A stretch of 64,000 bases of DNA, taken from contig OZ024746.1 in assembly GCA_964016885.1 (NCBI GenBank), positions 11,160,001-11,224,000 on the forward strand, written 5' to 3'. Of this stretch, positions 58,205 through 64,000 are shown one piece after another (positions within the stretch are counted from its first letter, which is position 1; the number at the start of each line of letters is the position of its first letter). The notes beneath the pieces were generated by a model. It was not told where the DNA came from. It made no database searches and worked only from the letters and a program-made list of their open reading frames with translations. Both the position numbers and the translations under genes were made by a program. This stretch comes from Eledone cirrhosa. Its lineage: Eukaryota.

Positions 58205-58745
58205 ACAGAGAAATAAATGGCGTGAAGGACATAATGGAGACCATGAAGAAGGACAAACATAGATGGGCTGGCCACGTCTCTTGTCTCAGAGACAACAGGT
58301 GGACTATTAGTGTGAGAGAGTAGACACCAAGGTAGTGGAGAAGTACCAGGGGGCAGCCAAAGGCCAGACGACACGAGGATCTGACCCGACACCTCGGCCC
58401 CTATATGAGTGAACACCAAGATAGTGGAGAAGAACCAGGGGGTAGCCAAAGGCCAGACGACACGAGGATCTGACCCGACACCTCGGCCCCTATATGAGTG
58501 AACACCAAGGTAGTGGAGAAGAACCAGGGGGCAGCCAAAGGCCAGACGACACGATGATCAGACCCGACACCTCGGCCCCTATATGAGTGGACACCAAGGT
58601 AGTGGAGAAGAACCAGGGGGCAGCCAAAGGCCAGACGACACGAGGATCAGACCCGACACCTCGGCCCCTACATGGCTCAGTATGGCCAGAGATAGCAAGT
58701 GGTGAAGATCAATTAGGGAGGGGTTCCTCCAACAGGAGTGAGAAG
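58205..58745 (+). mobile_element. RTE-clade LINE 3' end containing four copies of an 89-bp tandem amplification
   Basis: [33 protein letters not shown]; units start at 58324, 58413, 58502 and 58591. Confidence 0.85.
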
Positions 58746-58775
58746 GTTCTGGATTTTGGAATATTATTATGAGGA

Positions 58776-58952
58776 ACGGTGGATTGGCAGTATCGGTAGA
58801 GGGTCGGATGCCATGCTTTGACGTATAGAGTTGCGGCCCTTGCCATTCTGAGTTCAAATCCCGCCGAGGTTAACTTTGCCTTTCATCCTTACGGGGTCGA
58901 TAAAATAAACTGGGTAATTGCTGGCCTTGTGCCTAAAGTAGAAACAATTATT
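58776..58952 (+). mobile_element. Family A SINE
   Basis: Consensus match. Confidence 0.9.
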
Positions 58953-58995
58953 ATCTTTAGCATTATTATTACTATTAATATTATTATTATTGTGA

Positions 58996-59031
<36 letters not shown>

Positions 59032-59499
59032 CAGCAGCAGCGGCAGCAGTAGTAGTAGTAGTAGTAGTAGTAGTAGCAGCAGCAGCAGTAGTTGTAGTTG
59101 TAGTTGTAGTAGTAGTAGCAGCAACAGCAGTAGTAGTAGTAGTACTACTAACAATAATAGTTTGTTGTTTTTTTTATTTAGAACACGCCCTCAATAGCAA
59201 AATGAAACTTCAAAATATTGTAAAAACAGAGATGACTATCATAAACTTGTGTATGAAATATTATACACAAGGAAACACACATGGAGGGGCGTGGGTGAGT
59301 GTGGTTGTGCAAGGGTGTGGAGAGATAAGACATGCATATTGATAGAGATAACTATATATATATAGAGAGAGAGACTATATATATGTGTGTGTGCGCGTGT
59401 GTGTGTTTGAACCAAAAGGCACAGACGTAAAACCTATGACCTGGCCCACCTCACTGTCACCATCCCAGCTTGCTAGGCTATGACATAAACCCCGGGTGT

Positions 59500-59935
59500 A
59501 AAGGGTGGGGTCAGTTCAACGCACACTGCACTTCTCCTAAAAACATCACTGCACAGGTTCGAAGGACACGTCCGTGATCACCAGCCACTCCAATCCCCGT
59601 AGCGATGGGAAAGCGGCAAAAACGACAGGTGGAAGATGACTCTGGAAGCCGTAGTCCTAATGCAGCATGCAGGCGGTTCAGGGGTTTGGTCATCTGATTT
59701 TGACCCGGAGACGACATGTTTGACGCTAAACTCCGCCAGTTGCAGACTGCGCATCAACATGAGATATTTTTCTCCACAAAGTTCGATCACCTGGGGTTGA
59801 GTTTGATTTTCTCAATGGCCCACCTCTCTTCAGATGTTCTCTGGTTATTGATGATGGTCTTCATGCATTGTTGGAGGTAATATGTTTTTGACTCAAGCAT
59901 GGCGATAGCCATCGAATGTATGTTGGTGTTGGCAG
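59500..59935 (-). pseudogene. Possible highly degraded RTE C-terminal fragment
   Basis: LQQCMKTII.. and MLMRSLQL..KHVV..SDDQTP loosely resemble the RTE motifs FHQRCLR..I and LLKRQLRWAGHVVRM.D.R.P; multiple stops. Confidence 0.3.
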
Positions 59936-59939
59936 TATT

Positions 59940-60470
59940 TTAGTGTGTTAATTTTTTTTGTTTGTTCTTTTTATTTTTCTGATAATTGTTTTTCTGTTTT
60001 AGAGGATACTGCACTTAGTTTTGTTCACAGGTTTTGGTGGGGTGTGTTTTGTACATATATTTGTGAGAGTGTCTACAAAGATCTGCCAAGATGTTTTGAT
60101 GTTGGTGGAAGTGTGGGCGTGTGTAAAAGACCAGTCAACGTGTGTGTCACAAAAACAAGATGGCGTAGGACAGAACAAAGGAGAGGCACAAAAACAAGAA
60201 AAGAATCCCCAGTTACTGAAGAGGTCACAGAATGTGTGACGAAAGAACATTGACAATATATGTACAACCGTCCGGTTCTGGAAACAACCAACCAACCGGA
60301 AATTTATAAATTCTTAAATTTATAAATTTAACTTATAATAAATTGGAGTGAAAGCAACTGGTGCGTGTGTTGCTTATTGGCAACATGACCCTCCCAAAGT
60401 ATAACAATATCGGTTTCAACACACGTTTTCAGATAAAGAATCTTGCTAAACAAATTCAGAAACTAAATAT
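59940..60470 (+). mobile_element. PLE pLTR-like repeat with degenerate hammerhead at about 60210-60270; tail copy inverted at 11265-11356
   Basis: CTGAAGA-g-gtcaca-gaatg-tgtgac-GAAA-(gaa)-cat..atg-TA; 60378-60468 is the reverse complement of 11265-11356. Confidence 0.55.
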
Positions 60471-60506
60471 ATATATATATATTTATATATATACATATAT
60501 ATATTT

Positions 60507-60704
60507 ATAGGAAATTGTTCAAGAGCCCGACGGCAGAGCTCAAGCCGTTTCGATGGCTATTTCTGGACGAGTCCAGGAATAGCCGTCGAAACGGCTTGAG
60601 CTCTGCCATCGGAACAATTTCCTATTACCCACTCTACTACCCTAAGTATTGAGTACTCTGGTGCGTTATGGTCCACCTGGTTCCTTACCACATTTCCTTC
60701 GTTT
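60507..60704 (+). mobile_element. Family H1 copy C (opposite orientation)
   Basis: Palindrome 60507-60625 followed by the unique arm. Confidence 0.8.
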
Positions 60705-60715
60705 TATATATATAT

Positions 60716-60773
<58 letters not shown>

Positions 60774-60864
60774 TGTATATATATATATACTGTATATATA
60801 TATATACTGTATATATACTGTATATATATACTGTATATATATACTGTATATATATATATATATA

Positions 60865-60961
<97 letters not shown>

Positions 60962-61002
60962 GTCTCTGTGTGTGTCTCTGTGTGTATGCGTGTATGTATA
61001 TA

Positions 61003-61370
61003 TGGCAATCTTCGGGATATACCATCTCTTTCTGTGATGGACAAGATCCTTGCTCCAGTTATTCTCAACAGAATGATAGCTCATCTGTCAGAATCATGTT
61101 TACCCTGAATCTTAGTGGGAGTTTCAGGGTCGTAAGAGAAGCCACAGACATGATATATTTCTTGCAGCAGGTTTCAGTGAAAGTACAGGAGAAGAACAGT
61201 GAACAAATTATAGTCTTTGTGAACTTGACAAAGGTCCTTTGACTCTACTACATCAATCCTGATGTTTGGTGGTTTGTGTTGAATAAGATTACGTGTCCTA
61301 ATAAGAGACTCAATATCGTACTACACTTTCATCAGACATGCAGACTTCTGTTAAGTCAGAAGACAGACAT
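61003..61370 (+). pseudogene. Degraded RTE-clade reverse transcriptase fragment
   Basis: [48 protein letters not shown] corresponds to NYRGISLLS..GKILA..LNRL..LPESQ.GF..DMIF..FIDLTKAFD. Confidence 0.85.
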
Positions 61371-61675
61371 CAGATTTTTTACGTGTAAAAAAGTCTACAT
61401 AATATTCATTTATGTTATAACCTATAATACATATACAGATACATAGAGAACACACAGGTAAACAAGCAAGACTTAACTATATTAATATTGTTAAAAGAAA
61501 AAAAAAATGTAACTATTCACTCTCCACATTTATATGGTGTTCGTCTGGAAAAAAAAGATCGCTTCATTAAGCACATACAAATAAATAGGTATAAATACGT
61601 CTTTAGGAATCTTTCAAGGAGGTACTATTCCCACGCTGTTGACATGCAAGTACACCTACATGATCAAGTGACACT

Positions 61676-61786
<111 letters not shown>

Positions 61787-61933
61787 TATTTTCCTTTGTG
61801 TTGTAATATAAATATTACACACAGTAGATTATCAGCTCACGTAGAGTTTGCTCGACGGTTCCAGTTGTAGTTCCAAAAGTAATCCGGAGAAAAATAGAAA
61901 GATTTGAATGGATACAGTTTAGTTGAAAGGAAT

Positions 61934-62053
61934 TTATTGACACGTGTTTCTATAACAGTTACATAACCTAAAACAGCTGCTATCTACAAACTTTTAGTTA
62001 TGCAGACATTCAATATTTCAATGTTATTATTTACTGTCATTTCATCAGAATAA
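61934..62053 (-). ncRNA. Complete hammerhead with an extended (~90 nt) stem II region
   Basis: Minus strand ttatt-CTGATGA-a-atgacagt...actgttat-a-GAAA-cacgtg-TC-aataa; palindromic stem III ACACGTGT, GUC site. Confidence 0.8.
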
Positions 62054-62610
62054 TATTACTGAGGACCTATTTAGTTTTTATAGAGAATATTAGGAGGGAG
62101 GGGTGAAGTTGTTAGAAGAATAGTTGAAGGAGTGGTTTTTCGATAGCAGTGAGAATTCTTGGTGGCAGTGAGTAATTAGATTCCCATCTGTTGTTTTGAC
62201 ATTTTTTATAGAATATATTATTTGGTTATTTTTCTAAATCTATAGAAGGATTAGAGATAGTAAAGATATGCGTGGTTGGTTTTGTGTTTGCACTTAATTA
62301 ACATTCAGACTTAAATTTTTCTTTCAAGTGTACGTATCCTTTCACCCACGCATTCACACACAAATATATTTGCACACCTCTACAAAATACATATACTCAC
62401 AATTCACATATTCATACTTACATATATATACACATGCATACACATATATATACACACATGTATTCATGTACATACATATGCGCTCATGTGTATACATTTT
62501 CATACTCAACTTATCTTTATATACACACGTATAGACACACACATATATACATACATACTCTAGTCCATGTGTACACACATACACATACATACACATCTAT
62601 ATACACATAT

Positions 62611-62697
<87 letters not shown>

Positions 62698-62964
62698 CAC
62701 TTTAATACATAAATACACTTACATCTAACTATACACATCAAACATATATATATATTTACTTATTTATATACATTTTCACATATATATACATACTTATGGA
62801 CGTTTTTAGACACATTCATTATCGCATATTTGCACCTATTCTCATCAGCATATCTTTCCATTATTAGCGTGGTAATTTAAGGTTATTAATATATGTTGAG
62901 AAGAGATTGTTTTTATATTTTTCTAACTAGATTAAGGTTTATATAGTTGGGGGATGTCCCTCTT

Positions 62965-63545
62965 TTATGTAATATTCGGCTTGTAGTGGGAAAAAAGGGT
63001 TTTAGTTCTGTGACGGCAGAATAATGTTCGTTCAATTCTGTTATTCAGCAGTTTCTTCTTGTGTGTGATTATGTAATAAATCTCAAGATTACACAATTTG
63101 CAGAAATTTTGGCTCCTGGAAAAGCTTTGGGTTTTAGCTAATTTCTCCCATTTTAGGGTAAACTTTTGATCGCTATCCCTGAGCGTCCAAGCTTTTTCTG
63201 CTAAAGTTGTTACATTTCTTTGGCTCTGGTGTTTTATTGAGTAAGAATGCCTATACAATCGAGATTTAAACGATGTTGCCGTTGATCCCACGTAATACCA
63301 CTCGTTGCCTCCGGATTTAATGGTACACTTATAAATAATATTTTTTTCCAGGCAGTTATTGCCGAGGGGGCAGTTGTCAGGATAGGTGCAGTTACAGTTG
63401 TGTACGTTGGGTTTTCTCTGGAGTAGTATTGCGGACGAACTTAGGTGTGGTTTATTTATGTTCTGTAGTGTATTGTCTACTGTTTTTTTTGTGTTCTTTG
63501 TACTTAAGTTCTTAGTGTTTTCGTTTAACCTTCTAGTATTGATCT
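62965..63545 (-). mobile_element. Naiad-like PLE ORF C-terminus (zinc linker plus GIY-YIG endonuclease); one open frame, 5'-truncated
   Basis: NCNCTYPDNCPLGNNCLEKNIIYKC..YYVGSTATSFKSRLYRH..TTLAEKAW..W..CKLCNLE..LLNNRIE..CRH. Confidence 0.88.
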
Positions 63546-63548
63546 TTT

Positions 63549-63736
63549 ACGAAGGAAAAGTGGTAAGGAACCAGGTGGACCATAACGCACCAAAGTACTC
63601 AATACTTAGGGTAGTAGAGTGGGTAATAGGAACAAGTAAGACCCCGACGGCTGAGCTCAAGCCGTTTCGACGGTTAATTCTAGACTGAATTAGCCGTCGA
63701 AACGGCTTGAGCTCAGCCGTCGGGGTCTTACTTGTT

Positions 63737-63741
<5 letters not shown>
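63549..63741 (-). mobile_element. Family H1 copy D, fused directly to the truncated 5' end of the Naiad-like ORF
   Basis: Palindrome 63626-63741; the arm abuts the ORF with no microsatellite between. Confidence 0.8.
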
Positions 63742-63782
<41 letters not shown>

Positions 63783-63865
63783 TAGGTACATTAATTTACA
63801 CGTCTACACTTACACTTACACTCACAAACACACAACCATAACCAGGTATATACATACATGTATAT

Positions 63866-63916
<51 letters not shown>

Positions 63917-64000
63917 GGGCGGTGGGACTGGGGGAGGGGACGTACCCCACCACCACCACCACCAATACTTATATTTTTCTCCCAAAACTACCAAAACACA

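Overview
AT-rich eukaryotic DNA, intronic or intergenic, made almost entirely of microsatellites, minisatellites and transposon debris. The SINE families look like those of octopod cephalopods (an inference from recalled repeat sequences). No host protein-coding exon could be supported, and nearly all listed ORFs are translations of simple repeats. Recognisable parts: about 30 copies of a young tRNA-derived SINE, other SINEs, several RTE-clade LINE fragments, a Dong/R4-type RLE LINE that sits in (TACA)n repeats, two Penelope-like element (PLE) GIY-YIG fragments with the Naiad-type CxCx5Cx5C motif, and piggyBac- and Tc1/mariner-type MITEs. The main hidden signal is a dense set of minimal type I hammerhead ribozyme (HHR) motifs from at least 8 unrelated sequence families. 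They include U3-A8 core variants and forms with stem II extensions of about 80-110 nt. Many sit in small (TA)n-embedded units made of a unique arm plus a copy-specific fold-back palindrome centred in or next to the ribozyme. All coordinates and pairings were read by eye and may be off by a few bases. No ribozyme activity has been demonstrated.
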